A DNA stretch of 64,000 nt from Malacoraja senta (GCA_038087875.1 CM075989.1:21392001-21456000); one strand, 5' to 3'. Shown: positions 39,816 through 53,336, counted from the stretch's first letter. The notes: generated by a model not told the origin, from the letters alone. Made by a program: numbers and translations.

Positions 39816-41413
39816 GATTGTATTCATGTGTAGTCTTGTCTTAGATTGGACAGCACCCAAACAGAAGCTTTTCACTACCTTGCTTCCACTGTACCACTGT
39901 ACACGTGACAATAATAAGCTAAACTAATATTGGTTCCTGCGGTTTATCGGCCAGTATTTGAGAACAATGTAATAAAAATTCTTTTTTTCCCCGATAAAAT
40001 CGCTCGGCATAGCTGCTTCGACAGATCGCAGCCAGCACGGATCTCTCTGCCCGTGAAATCACCTACATCTCCCGGTGTATAAAACTTTAAGTGCGGCAAT
40101 AATGAAATGCAAAGCTTTCTATAAGACCTAGGCAAGCCAGCCCATCAAATCATCTGAAATATTTATTCTGTCTGCTGAATAATTGATAGCAGCATCAACT
40201 CTCCTGGTCAATTGATTTATTAAGGACTATTTGGAATTAAACAGCTTAAAGATATTAGATTTAGTATTGACCTTGCCTTGTTAGCATATTCATTTACCTA
40301 TAGGAGGCACATTAGATATTGTTAATACATGATGTACCAGGCATGGTCTGGAACTTCGGAAATTACATTACGAATGCTTTGTGTTCTGACGAACAGCCCG
40401 TTTGATTGAGTGTTTTCTTTGTTATAATTAGATTTAAGCTGAAAGAGCCCTAATTTTCACACGGCGTGTGATAAACCAGAAATGTCATCACTGCGGTATT
40501 AATTTGTGGACGCACTGCACTTGGGATTTTCTAACTTTATTGTTGTTGGAGACTCGACACTGAGCTAAACCGACAGAGCTAACATATTGTAAACTTCAGT
40601 GACATTTCTTTGTAAAGGTGTTACCGAGCTTAATATAGAGTTTGTTTGATGTTTTGTCATCTTAATGAAATTTCATTTAACACTTTGATTACCTGTGTGA
40701 TGTGTTCTACTCCGTGAACTATCGGTAATGAGTGATGGGCGGCACAGTGGCGCAGCTGGTAGAGCTGCTGCCTCACAGCGCCCGAGATCCTGGTTCGATC
40801 CTGACCGTGGGTGCTATCTGTATGGAGTTTGCACGTTCTCCCTCTAAATGCGTGGGTTTCCTCCGGGTGCTCTGGTTTCATGTTCATAAGTTATAGGAGC
40901 AGAATTAGGCCATTCAGCCTGTCAAGACTACTCTGCCATTCAATCATGGCTGATCTATCTTTCCCTCCTAACCCCATTCTCCTGCCTTCTCCTCATAACC
41001 CCTGACACCCGTATTAATCGAGAACCTATCAATCTCCATCTTAAAAATATTAATTGACTTGGACATCACAGCTTTCTGTGGCAATGAATTCCACAGATTC
41101 ACCACCCGCCTTGTCCCAATTCCCAAAGATGCGCGGGTTTGTAGGTTATTTGGCCCTCTGTAAATTCCCCCTAGTGTGAAGGGAGTGGATGAGAAAGTGG
41201 GATAATTAAGAACTAGTGTGAATGGGTGACTGATGGTTGGTGTGGACTTTGTTGGGCCGAAAGGCCTGTTTCCATGCCGAATCTTTTAACTAATCCAAAT
41301 TAAATTAAAAACATTGGATGAACAAATAAGAGCTAATTTAATTAATGAACGCAACATAAAAATAGACTGTGTGTTGAATTGAGTTCAGCTTTAGATACAA
41401 AGTGCTGGAGTTA

Positions 41414-41733
41414 TGGCCCAGTCCCACGGTACGAGTTCATTCCAAGAGCTCTCCTGAGTTAAAAAAAAATCAAACTCATGGTAAGCACGGAGAATGAACG
41501 TAGCGGGTACGTCGGAGCTCGGGGACGTCTCTTAGCGGCTCGTAACGCTAACGGTAGGTACTCAGGAAGACTCGCTAATGGCAGGTAAGCACGTGAAGAT
41601 TTTTCAACATGTTGAAAAATGTCCACGAGAGCCCCGAGTACCGACGAGCGGCCTTTACCGTAAATCTCCGAGTTCGAATCAGGGCAAACTCGGGAGAGCT
41701 CTTGGAATGAACTCGTACCGTGGGACAGGGCCA
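41414..41733. mobile_element. Harbinger-type MITE (320 bp) inside a Penelope module
   Basis: TIR tggccc(a/t)gtcccacggtacgagttcattccaagagctctc; flanks TTA/TAA; interrupts gctggagtaactcagc. Confidence 0.8.
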
Positions 41734-42572
41734 TAACGCAGCGGGTTAGGCAGCATCTCTGGAGAAAAAGGATAGGTGACGTTCCGGGTCGGGACCCTTC
41801 TTCAGGCTGAAGTGAGGAGGTGAGGAGGTTTCAGATCAGCACTGAATATACAGCAAATCCTAATCTTGAATGTACATTTGAAGTTAAGTCCCTGTGGATA
41901 ATGTTTTAAACACAGCGATCAATTTATATTCAATAATGTTCATCAGACAACATGGTATTAATAATCAGACCATCTGATTGTATGTGTATTATTTTATGTT
42001 CTTTAGGTGTTGATGTAGGAATTAATATTTCCATAAATTAAGGATATAATCCCCAAAATACTTCGAAATATTCCATGGGATTTTTATATTGCTCTGAGAA
42101 AAAACAGCTGGAATGTAAATGTCCATGTGCAACGACACGACAGTTGGGAGGTGAGTACGTTTCCACACCCCTCGTTCAAGGCAAAATAGAATTGTTGATG
42201 AGGTAGTGTTGGGCAAAGAACAGCAGATAAGGAACAGTACCTTGTGCAGTGTAAGAAAGAACTGCAGATGCTGGTTTAAATCAAAGGTAGACACAAAATG
42301 CTGGAGTAACTCAGCGGGACAGGCTCAGAGAAGAAATGAGCGACGTTTCGGGTCGAGACCCTTCTTCAGTACATTATTCAGGCTATCCAAGGGATTTACT
42401 TTACCATTTGTTTTCGCTGTGATCTTACCTAAATCTATGAAACTCCCATTTATTTTTCCAGATGTAGACTAGCCAGTCATGTACTTCCAGGAATTGCAGT
42501 TCTTAATTTATATCCGTGACATTTCTTTCCTTCTTTTTAATCAGCATCAATACATATGATATTTTTTTGGGA

Positions 42573-43606
42573 CCTTTCAACACCATTGTGCCAGAGCTAC
42601 TACACTCCAAACTTTCCGAGTTGACTGTGCCTGAACCCCTCTGTCGGTGGATCACCAACTTCCTGACAGACAGGAAGCAGCATGTGAGGCTGGGAAAGCA
42701 CATCTTGGACCCGCAAACACTCAGCATAGGAGAACCGCAAGGCTGCGTACTCTCCCCTCTCCTCTACTCTCTCTACACCAACGACTGCACCTCCACTGAC
42801 TCCTCTGTCAAGCTTCTCAAGTTTGTGGACGACACAACCCTGATCGGACTGATCCAGGATGGGGAGGAATCTGCCTACAGACAGGAAGTGTCACAGCTGG
42901 AGTCCTGGAGCTCAATGCTCTTAAGACAGTGGAACTGATTGTAGACTTTAGGAGAGCTCCCCCTCCCCTCACCCTACTCACCATCAACAATACCACAGTC
43001 ACATCTGTGGAGTCTTAAGTTCCTGGGAACCATCATCCCCAAGGACCTTAAGTGGGGGGCTACCATCAACTCCACAGTCAAAAAGGCACAACAGAGGATG
43101 TACTTCCTACGGCAGATGAGGAAGCACAATCTGCCACAGGCAATGATGTTCCAATTCTACACGGCCATCGTAGAGTCTGTTCTCACCTTCTCCATCATGG
43201 CCTGGTTTGGCTCAACCACCAAGCACGACATCCGGAGGCTGCAGCGAATCGTCCGATCAGCAGAGAAGGTTATTGGCTGCAACCTTCCCTCCAGTGATGA
43301 GCTGTACACTGCAAGGGCCAGGAAGCGAGCGGGCAAGATCATCTCTGACCCCTCTCACCCTGGTACAAACTCTTTGAATCACTTCCCTCTGGAAGGCGAT
43401 CTGGTATTTTGATCTTGTATTTTGTTGGTTCACATGCTTGATCAATGGTGTTTTATCATTAATGTTTTATTATTATTAATGTTTTCTGAGTCATTCGTAA
43501 CTGTCACTGTATGTCATGTTGTTACTTGTGGGCGGAGCACCAAGGCAAATTCCTTGTATGTGAATACTTGGCCAATAAACTTACTTACTTACATACTTAC
43601 TTACTT
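42573..43606 (+). mobile_element. 5'-truncated Rex1/Babar-clade LINE, second family
   Basis: [31 protein letters not shown]; frameshifted; AATAAA plus (CTTA)n tail. Confidence 0.88.
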
Positions 43607-45054
43607 TGATTCCATCCTACTGGTTATATTTAGTATTGTAGACTACTATTATCTTAAAGTTACAGGACGACAGGGATAGTATGACAACTAGGGTGGGGGA
43701 GGGAAGGAGGAAGAGGGGTAGCTTTGGCAAGCGATAGGTAGCTAGTTTATTTTGGAGGTGTGGACAACCAGCCATGGTGTTGCTGAATAGCAGAATGGCC
43801 ACAAAGGGCTGAAGGGCCTTTCCCTGTTCTCACCCCAATAACCCGTCCGTGTATCACATACAACACACATTGACGCTGTTTCCGCACATTTATACATGAT
43901 AGTCTAAACACATTTGTATTCATTTCGAGAATTATGTTAACTGAATGAAGTGATTTTTGTTTAATGAATGATGCTGCAGTGGGCACTCAAGCATCGGTTA
44001 ATGAAAAACTCTGATTAGAATGTTTGTTTAATTGTTTTAGCCAGATGAAAACCTGCCTCAAACTGGCTTGTGACAGGGTGAAAAAATCTAAATCAACAAC
44101 AAGATGCTGGGCATAGCGCTTCCACTCATCACTTGTACTTTCCCCACCTTCAAACATTGGCTATATTTATCTTAATTAATCCCAGTTGAATTTCCGAGTG
44201 CGCCTGACATCCCTCCAAAGAACACCCTACCATTAAATGCAAAACTGTTGGATCTGAACGTAATTCTAGACTCCTCGATGAGAGCATAATTGCTCACTAC
44301 GGAAACACAAACAGTAACAACCAAAACTTGGGAACACATTTTAAATTGTTGTGCTTAAAACAATTAATCTACAGTTTCCTGATGTCGCCACCATCATAAG
44401 AGCCTCTCCAGAAATTTTAATTCACTCCACGTGATAACAAAAGTGTCCGTGTAGACCAGATACACCAGATATGAACCATAACACCATCTCTACTGTAGGT
44501 GAGCACTTTTTAGGTTTAGATGTATTATTGTCACGTGTACTTAGGTACAGCGCGGACTTTGTGTTTTGGCATGCTATCCAATCAGATAATACTGTACAGA
44601 AATACAATCAAGGCCTTCACAAGGATGTTGCCAGGGTCTGAGCTCCAGGGAGAGGTTGGGGCAGACTAGGACTCTATCCCTTGGAGCGCAGGAGGATGAG
44701 GGGTGATCGTATACAGGTGTATAAAATCATGAGAGGAATAGATCGGGTAGATGCACACAGATCGGGTCTCTTGCCCAGAGTAGGTGATCGGTTCCCATAG
44801 CCGACTCCCATGGCCGACAGTGTGGGCCGGTGTCTCGGCTCCCCAGTAACATAAGCGGACCATTCCGGAACCGTTGGACTCCTCTCGGAGGCCGTGACCT
44901 CTTTTGGTCTGGCAAAGGGAATGATCCAGAAGGGCTCTGGACCCAATGGTGCTGGAAAATCGGTGGCCGATCTCTAATTGAAAATTGCTTTGGGAAACCA
45001 TACAGAACCAATACAAGAACTAGTGTACGGGCTTTCAATGGCTGGCATGGACTG

Positions 45055-46040
45055 ATATAACCATATAACCATATAACAATTACAGCATGGAAACAGGCCA
45101 TCTCGGCCCTTCTAGTCCGTGCTGAACACTTACTCTCACCTAGTCCCATCTACCTGCACTCAGACCATAACCCTCCATTCCTTTCCCGTCCATATACCTA
45201 TCCAATTTATTTTTAAATGATAAAATCGAACCTGCCTCCACCACTTCAACTGGAAGCTCATTCCACACAGCTACCACTCTCTGAGTAAAGAAGTTCCCCC
45301 TCATGTTGCCCCTAAACTTTTGTCCCTTAATTCTCAAATCATGTCCTCTTGTTTGAATCTTCCCTATTCTCAATGGGAAAAGCTTATCCACGTCAACTCT
45401 GTCTATCCCTCTCATAATTTTAAAGACCTCTATCAAGTCCCCCCTTAACTTTTTTTTTTCTTTTCTTTTTTCTTTTTTTTTTTCCAGAGTTGAAAGGGTT
45501 TAATTTGTTTTCTTTTTTCCATCCAGACATTCATTCAATGTATTTGGGCAAGTGTTGTGTGAATTGAAGAAGATAGGATTTCTCATTCACTGTAGTCAAC
45601 TGCGAGGAAGATCTATCTTTTACGGACGAACTCTTTGCGTACGGTTGAGTTGAACTGGACACTTTATCCTCCAAAGAGCCTGCCTGATACGAAGAAACCA
45701 CAGCAGGGCTCTGTACAGACCCAGTGTTCATTTGAACCATAGGCTCACTCATCTTGTCCAACATCTTCTTCACTTTGCATTTCTCATCTTCTGTTACAGG
45801 AGATAGATTTAACATTCTTCCATTCAGTTCCTGTGTCTTTGTCGTACACTCGCAGGAGACGTTGGATAGGTCACTCAAATACACGCAGGTGAAAACCAAA
45901 CCCCGCTCATGTACATCTTTCAAACTGGAACACGACCGGACTGCGTTTTGCAAAGAGAACTGGATGGAAGAAAAAAAAAAAAAAAGTACCCCCTTAACTT
46001 TCTGCGCTCCAAAGAATAAAGACCTATCTTGTTCAACCTG
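45055..46040 (-). mobile_element. CR1 3' fragment split by the retrocopy
   Basis: IEVFKIMRGIDRVD...FFTQRVVAVWNELP; CR1 sequence resumes after 45984. Confidence 0.85.
45453..45983 (-). pseudogene. Retroposed 3' end of an unidentified transcript (142-aa open frame, stop, ATTAAA, poly(A))
   Basis: Poly(T) at ~45450-45483 on +, ATTAAA at 45499-45504 on -, 18-bp TSD at 45435-45452 and 45984-46001 inside a CR1 fragment. Confidence 0.7.
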
Positions 46041-46337
46041 ATGGGCTGAAGGGCCTGATTTCATGCTGTACCTCTATACTAAACACCACAGGACATTATT
46101 ATCTGCCTCTACCACCACCAATTTACATGAATTAAAATTCCCCTGTCATAAGTTTAAAAGTCATAGGAGCAGAATTTGGCCATTAGGCCCATCGTCTACT
46201 CCGCCATTCAATCATGGCTGATCTGTAATTGTGGTTAAGATTTGAAATTGTGTGCTTGAGTTTATATGGAGTCTTCTGGTTTATGAATCCAGCTGAATAA
46301 CCATTGTGTTACCGTGCTGCGTAAATTGGCATGGTAC

Positions 46338-46627
46338 GTTTAGCGATACAGCACGAAAACAGGCCCTTCGGCCCAACGAGTCCATGCCGACCAGTGATCC
46401 CCGCGCACTTACACCATCCTACGCACACTAGGGACAATTTACATTTGAACCTGGCCTATTATCCCACAAAGCTGCACGTCTTTGGAGTGTGGGAGGAAAA
46501 CGAAGATCTCAGAGAAAACCCACGCAGGTCACGGGGAGAAGGCACAAACTCCGTACAGACAGCACCCGTAGTCGGGATCGAACCCGGGTCTCCGGCGCTG
46601 TAAGCGCTGTAAGGCAGCAACTCTACT
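46338..46627 (-). mobile_element. HE1-like V-SINE
   Basis: Same structure. Confidence 0.8.
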
Positions 46628-47230
46628 GATGCGTATGTCATTGACAGAAAAACAAACAGTTCACAGTGGCACAGAGACCCAAAGAAGATGTGTGGGACGG
46701 GATGTCGCTTCCTCTAATCTACTGATGGGAAGGAAAGGTTGGGCAAGAGGTTGATAATCATCCTACCGCCAGCTCACGTGGTATCATTCTCATTTTTTCT
46801 GATGCTTGAGGATTTTTTCCGCTTGCTGATGGGCAAATGGCAGGAGAGAGTTTCTGAGTATTTTTTTATTTTTAGACGATCAGATCGAGACGTAAAGAAG
46901 TGGAGGGACACAAAATGCTGGAGTAACTCAGCGGGACGGGCAGCATCTCTGGAGAGAAGGAATGGGTGCCGTTTCGGATCAGACCCTTCTTCTCGACCCG
47001 AAACATCACCGATTCCTTCTCTCCAGAGATGCTGCCCGTCCCGCTGAGTTACTCCAGCTTTTAGTGTCTATCTTGGGTTTAAGCCAGCACCTGCAGTTCC
47101 TTCCTACACAAGGAGGGGAGGGAGGCAGGATTACACTTCCCACGTTTGGGCTCACCCAGCAGCAAGTGTCCAGGGCAAGTGGGGACTCAGGAGATGGTGA
47201 CCAAGCCCTCTGCTACAGTCTGACCTGCCG

Positions 47231-47478
47231 ATGAACTCCCCTTCAGGGACAGGGCTGCCGTTCACTGTTAGGATCACAATGACAATGATCTCTTGTGCCG
47301 AAGGCTCATTCCCAGCTACCACGGGGAACATCATCAACATCAGTCAATCTTCAGTGCACAGATACATCACACAGATCACTGCTGACATATACACCAAGGC
47401 AGGCTCTCTTGCCCCATATCTCTAAAGCGAATGGCAGAACATGAAGTCACAGCAATTTTTCCAATCTCAGAATTTCAT
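47231..47478 (+). pseudogene. Decayed Harbinger/HARBI1-like transposase fragment
   Basis: LPFTVRITMTM-S-AEGSF---GNIINISQSSVHRYITQITADI resembles the Harbinger N-terminal GSFQ...GD...ISQSSVHRxI motif; a stop follows. Confidence 0.6.
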
Positions 47479-48981
47479 AAGTGCATAAGTGATAGGAGAA
47501 GAATTAGGCCATTCAGCCCATCAAGTCAACTCCGTCATTCAATCATGGCTGATCTATCTTTCCCTCTCCTGCCTTCTCCCCATAACCCCCCCCCCCCCAT
47601 CGTACTAATACAAATACGATACTATACGACACGATACGATCAACATTTATTTATCCCAGGAGGGAAATTGATCAAATTAATCAAGAATCAATCTATCTCT
47701 GCCTTAAAAATATCCATTGACTTGGTCTCCACAGCCTTCTGAGGTTCCTCAGCTCCCACATTGTCATTTCTTTACACCTTCATAAGGCCTACATAAGAGT
47801 TAGAAACCCATTGTGTTAAAGGGCAAGCATGAGTAATGCTGGACTAGACAATAGACAATAGGTGCAGGAGTAGGCCATTCGGCCCTTCGAGGTAGCACCG
47901 CCATTCAATGTGGTCATGGCTGATCATCCACAATCAGTACCCCGTTCCTGCCTTCTCCCCATATCCCCTGACTCCGCTATCTTTCAGAGCTCTATCTAAC
48001 TCTCTCTTGAAAGCATCCAGAGAACCGGCCTCCACCGGCCTCTGAGGCAGATAATTCCACATAGTATATTGGCGGTGTGGTGGTGTACAATGAAGGCTAA
48101 CTAAGACCACAATGGCATAATGATCTATGTCTCTTCGGTTCATTGACCTTGTCGTGGTGAAGAGACTTGTGTGTCCCCATGATTCAGAGAACGATGCCGT
48201 CGGAAGCACCAGCGTCTGGTAGGGCCACCCATGGCGGTAAGGTCGAGGATGTGGGTCCAGACTAACAACAATCCAACCTACAAGAACTCAACGGTGGACA
48301 AAGTTGTCTTGAACTCAGGATCTGGGGCGCCATGTTGCAGCTATTAAAGAAACTATTCAGGGGTCCCAGTTTAAGAATAAGGGGTAGGCCATTTAAGACT
48401 GAGATGAGGAAAAAACTTTTTCACCCAGAGAGTTGTGAATCTGTGGAATTCCCTGCCACAGAAGGCAGTGGAGGCCAATTCACTGTATGTTTTTAAGAGA
48501 GAGTTAGATTTAGCTCTTAGGGCTAAAGGAATCAAGGGATATGGGGAGAAAGCAGGAACGGGGTACTGATTTTGGATGATCAGCCATGATCATATTGAAT
48601 GACCGTGCTGGCTCGACGGGCCGAATGGCCTACTCCTGCACTTACTTTCTATGTTTCTATGTCTATGTTTCTATGAGATCCTTCTTAGTCAGGGGAGAGG
48701 GAAATGAGATATGGAAGGGTAAGGTGTGAAAAGGACAGATCAAAGCAGACCATGATCAAGGAAATGTAGAATGGTCCATCGTTGGATGAAGGGAAGGAGT
48801 AAACTGAAACTGTGCAAATATTCTTTCAGGGTCAACCAAAAGAAGGTGGAAGGAGATGTTGCAGTGGAGAGTCAGGTGGATGTCGTTTGGACTGAATAGT
48901 TGTGGTTATAAGAAGCAGCTGCATTTTGTTTGTCTTTAGAACAAGGGAAACCAAAGGAATTTATAATCTTCTTCTTCTTAA

Positions 48982-49619
48982 TAGCCCTGTCCCATGGTAC
49001 AAGTTCATTCCAAGAACTCTCCCGAGTTTAAAAAAAATCAAACTCGTGGTAAGCACGGAGAATGAACGTAGCTGGTATGTCGGAGCTCGGGGACGTCTCT
49101 TAGCGGCTCGTAACGCTAAGGGCAGGTACTCGGGAAGACTCGCTAATGGCTGGTAAGCACGGAAGACTCGTGAAGATTTTTCAACATGATGAAAAATGTC
49201 CACGAGAGCCCCGAGTACCGACGAGTGGCCATTACCGTAAATCTCCGAGTTCGAATCAGGGCAAACTCGGGAGAGCACTTGGAATGAACTTGTACAGTGG
49301 GACAGGGCTAATAGGGCCTGTCCCACTGTACAAACTAATTCAAGAGTTCTCTCGTGTTTCCCCTGATAATTACTCGGAGAATTACGGTAATGGCCGCTCG
49401 TAGGTACTCGGGGCTCTCGTGGACATTTTTCAACATGTTGAAAAAACTTCACGAGCTTACCGCGTTTCCCGAGTACCTGCCGTTAGCGTTACGAGCCGTT
49501 AAGAGGAGTCCCGAGCTCCGACGTACCCGCTACGTACATTCTACGTACTTACCACGAGTTTGATTTTTTTTTAAACTCGGGAGAGCTCTTGGGTAAACTT
49601 GTATAGTGGGACAGCCCCT
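48982..49619. mobile_element. Two abutting, oppositely oriented Harbinger-type MITEs (48982-49310, 49313-49619)
   Basis: Both are related to 41414-41733; outer flanks TAA/TTA. Confidence 0.78.
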
Positions 49620-49622
49620 TTA

Positions 49623-50010
49623 GGGCCCCTTCGGTCATGGGTGTCTCCAGGGTTGGAGGACGCCAGTGCGTGACTTTTTTTCACGTGGGGAGACTGGTGG
49701 ACAGACAGCCTCCACACAGTCCTTGACAGATCTGGGTCAGGATCCAGTGGCATGGAGTCCAAGACGACTGGAGACCCTTTTCTGCTGCAGCCTTCATCCG
49801 CCTTCCCAGCCGTTGTGACGCTCCACTAAGGTCAGCCATCGTCCTCCGCCTGTTCCACCGTTGAGGTCTTGGTTGGATTGCTCTTTGTCAGGGACCTTAC
49901 CGCCATGGGTGGCCCTACCAGGAGCATAGCTCCAGACGGCATCGCTCTCAGGATGTCAGGATGTCAGGACCACACAAGCTTCTCCACCACGACAAGGTGA
50001 CAATCCACGG
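49623..50010 (-). mobile_element. Second copy of the RTE-derived non-autonomous element
   Basis: Reverse complement of 28272-28670; its (GAA)n tail lies at 48967-48978, beyond the inserted MITE pair. Confidence 0.7.
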
Positions 50011-50366
50011 ATCGTAATCATAGTGCAGATAATTATGAAAGCCCTGGGTGATGTTGACAGGAAGAACCTATTTGTCTTAGTCAATGGGTCAAAAATTATA
50101 TTTAATGCCTAAATCGATCTTTTTCACACCTGGAATTCACGTGATGGAATAAATGGTTTCCTTTTGTGATATAAATCTCTGTAGGCCAAAGCAAGTTGAC
50201 TCTCAGCAAACCATCAGCTCCAGCCCATTAGCTTATATTTTTTCAGATATTTCAGCCAAGAATTCAGAATATCTGGCAGCATTTTGTGTCGATCTTCAGT
50301 GTAAACCAGCATCTGCTGTTCCTTCCTACATGATGTACTTGGGGTTTGATATAATCTTCACACCAT

Positions 50367-50670
50367 GGTGGTGAAGTGGTAGAGTTGCTGCGCCGGAGAC
50401 CCGGGTTTGATCCCGACTACGGGTGCTGTCTGTACGGAGTTTGCACGTTCTCCCCGTGACCTGCGTGGGTTTTCTCTGAGATCTTCGGTTTCCTCCCACA
50501 CTCCAAAGACGCACAGGTTTGTAGGTTAATTGTCTCTGTGTAAGTGTATATTGTCCCTAGTGTGTGTAGGATAGTGTAAGTGTGCGGGGATCGCTGGTCG
50601 GCGCGGACTCGGTGGGCCGAAGTTCCTGTTTCTGCTCTGTATCTCTAAACTAAACTAAAACAAAATATAG
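50367..50670 (+). mobile_element. HE1-like V-SINE with 28-bp flanking duplication
   Basis: ttggggtttgRtataatcttcacaccat at 50339-50366 and 50671-50698. Confidence 0.85.
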
Positions 50671-50897
50671 TTGGGGTTTGGTATAATCTTCACACCATCC
50701 TGAGATCAAAACCTGTGAAGAACTGTAAAGGCAGGGCAGTGGAACAAGAATAAGGAAGTGGGATTAACTTAATGTGTAGGAAGGAACTGTGCAGATGCTG
50801 GTTTACACTGAAGATAGACACACAATGCTGGAGTAACTCATTGGGACAGGCAGCATCTCTGGAGAAAATGGGCAGGTGATGTTTCAGGTTGGGTCCT

Positions 50898-51211
50898 TTA
50901 GTTTAGTTTAGTTTAGAAATACAGCTCGGAAACCGGTCCTTCAGCCCAACGTGACAGCATCGGCCAGTGATTCCCGCACATTAACATTATCCTACACACA
51001 CTTGGGACAATTTACAATTATGCCAAGCCAATTAACCTACAAATCTGCACGTCTTCGGAGTGTGGGAGGAAACCGGAGATCCCGGAGAAAACCCACGCAG
51101 GTCACGGGGAGAGCGTACAAGCTCTGTACAGACAGCACCCGTAGTCAGGATCGAACCCGGGTCTCTGGCGCTGTACGGCAGCAACTCTAGTGCTTCGCCA
51201 CCGTGCCGCCC
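50898..51211 (-). mobile_element. HE1-like V-SINE
   Basis: Same structure. Confidence 0.85.
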
Positions 51212-52593
51212 CTTTCTTCTGACTTCTTCAGTCCCAAAGTAGCAAACCTGAAATGTCACCTCTCCATTTTCTCCAGAGATGCTTCCTGACCCTTTGAGTT
51301 ACTCCAGCACTTCAGCACAAGATCAGCCCCTTCCGCCCACGATGTCTCCTCCTAACGTTATGCCGTTAAACTCATCACTTCTACCAGCACGTGATCCATA
51401 TCCATTCATTCCTTGCATATTCACGTGTCTATCTAAAAGCCTCTTAAATGCCGCCATTGTTGCTGCCACCTCCACTATCTCTGGCAACGTGTTCCAGACA
51501 CCAATCGCTCTCTATGTTAAAAAATTGTCCTGCACACCTCCGTCAAACATTGCCCCCTCTAACCTTAAAACTATGCCCTCTATTCCTTGACATTTCCACC
51601 CTGGGGAAAAAGGTTCTGACTGTCCACCCTACTATCTATGCCTCGCTTAATTTTAGATACTTCGACAGCCGTCCCCTCCTCCTCCTCCGACTTCCAGAGT
51701 AAACAGCACAAGTTTGTCAAACCTCTCCTTGTAGTCAATACCCTCTAATCCAGAAGATCGACACAAAATGCTGGAGTAACTAAGCGGGTCAGGCAAACAG
51801 GAATAGGCGGAGTTTCGGGTCAAGAGCTTTCCTTTCTCCAGAGATGCTGCCTGTCCCGCTGAGTTACTCCAGCATTTGTGTCTATCGCCAGCATTGTGGC
51901 AAACCTCTTCCCCACCCTCTCCAAAGCAGCCACATCCTCCCTGCAATGGGATGATCGGAATGGTCGCATGCACAGGTGTGTATCGGAATAATCTGGCATG
52001 TTCACGATGGGCTGAATGGCCTCCTTCAGTGTTACAAATCCTGTGGTGCTATATTTCTGCTGTCATTGTCTTTACTTGGTGGCTGGCACTTGTCACAGAC
52101 AATATAAATGCCACTTCAGGCCACAAGGAGACAAAGTCCTCTTTAATCGTGCAGGCAGAGATATTGATTGTCAATTGTACAAACATTCACGTATTTGATT
52201 CTGGTGACCTCAAAGATCATTTCTCTCCCAGCAATCTGCTTATCAAACTACTGTTTTACTGTGTACAATTATTGGAAGGGCATCTGAAACTTGCAAGGGA
52301 TCTTTACATTTTATGCAGGAAAGAACAGCAGATGCTGGTTTAAATTGAAGGTAGACATAAAATGCTGGAGTAACTCAGAGGGACAGGCAGCATCTCTGGA
52401 GAGAAGGAATGGAGACGTTTCGGGTCGAGACCCTTCTATAGACCCTTCTTCTTTACATTTTACCTGGCTCATGAGAATACAGTTCAGCTATCAGGCCATT
52501 GACTCCAATCAGGGATGCGGGGGAGTTTAAATACATTAAAAGTCAAAAGTTTTTTTTTGTCATATGTCACCAAACGGAACAATGACATTTTTA

Positions 52594-52914
52594 TGGGCTT
52601 GTCCCACTTGGGCGATTTTTTAGGCGACTGCCGGGGACTACGACAATGGAATTCACCGAAGTCAGCACCGGCGACAACCTACGTCACCTGGCGACAACCT
52701 ACGACAGCTCCTACGTCAAGCTGCGCCACTATTGTCGTAAATTTTTCAACATGTTGAAAATCCAGCGGCGACCAAAAAGACGCTACGACTCTTGGGCGAC
52801 TGAGGTGACGACTCACGACCATACAGGCGACACCCTGGCGACCACCGGCGACCATATGGCAACAGCCTAGTCGCCTGTAGTCACCTAAAAAAACGCCTAA
52901 GTGGGACAGGCCCG
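52594..52914. mobile_element. Harbinger-type MITE (321 bp)
   Basis: Same TIR; perfect TTA TSD. Confidence 0.8.
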
Positions 52915-53037
52915 TTACCTGCAGAAACACATCAGGTAGGTAAACACGCTACTCTGTAAAACCCATAATAACCCACAATAACAAAGATCAAATTAGTATG
53001 TACATTAAAAAAACAGACAAATAAATAGACATAAATA

Positions 53038-53336
53038 GGGCAGCGCAGCGGTAGAGCGGTAGAGTTGCTGCCTTACAGCACCAGAGACCCGGGTTCGATC
53101 CTGACTACGGGTGCTGTCTGTACGGAGTTTGTACGTTCTCCCCGTGACCTGCGTGGTTTTTTAAAATCATCTCTGGTTTCCTCCCACACTCCAAAGACGT
53201 GCAGGTTTGTAGGTTAATTAAATTGTCCTTATTGTGTGTAGGTTAGTGTTAGTGTGCGGGGATCGCTAGTTGGTGTGGACTCAGTAGGCCGAAGGACCTG
53301 TTTCCGCGCCGTATCTCTAAACTATACTAAACTAAA
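53038..53336 (+). mobile_element. HE1-like V-SINE
   Basis: Same structure. Confidence 0.85.

Noticed and set aside
42007..42150. 144-bp protein-coding exon candidate
   Set aside because: Stop codons in all three frames.
45531..46064. 177-aa ORF as an intact gene
   Set aside because: Its N-terminal ~35 codons come from CR1, TSD and poly-T sequence; only the retroposed part looks gene-derived.
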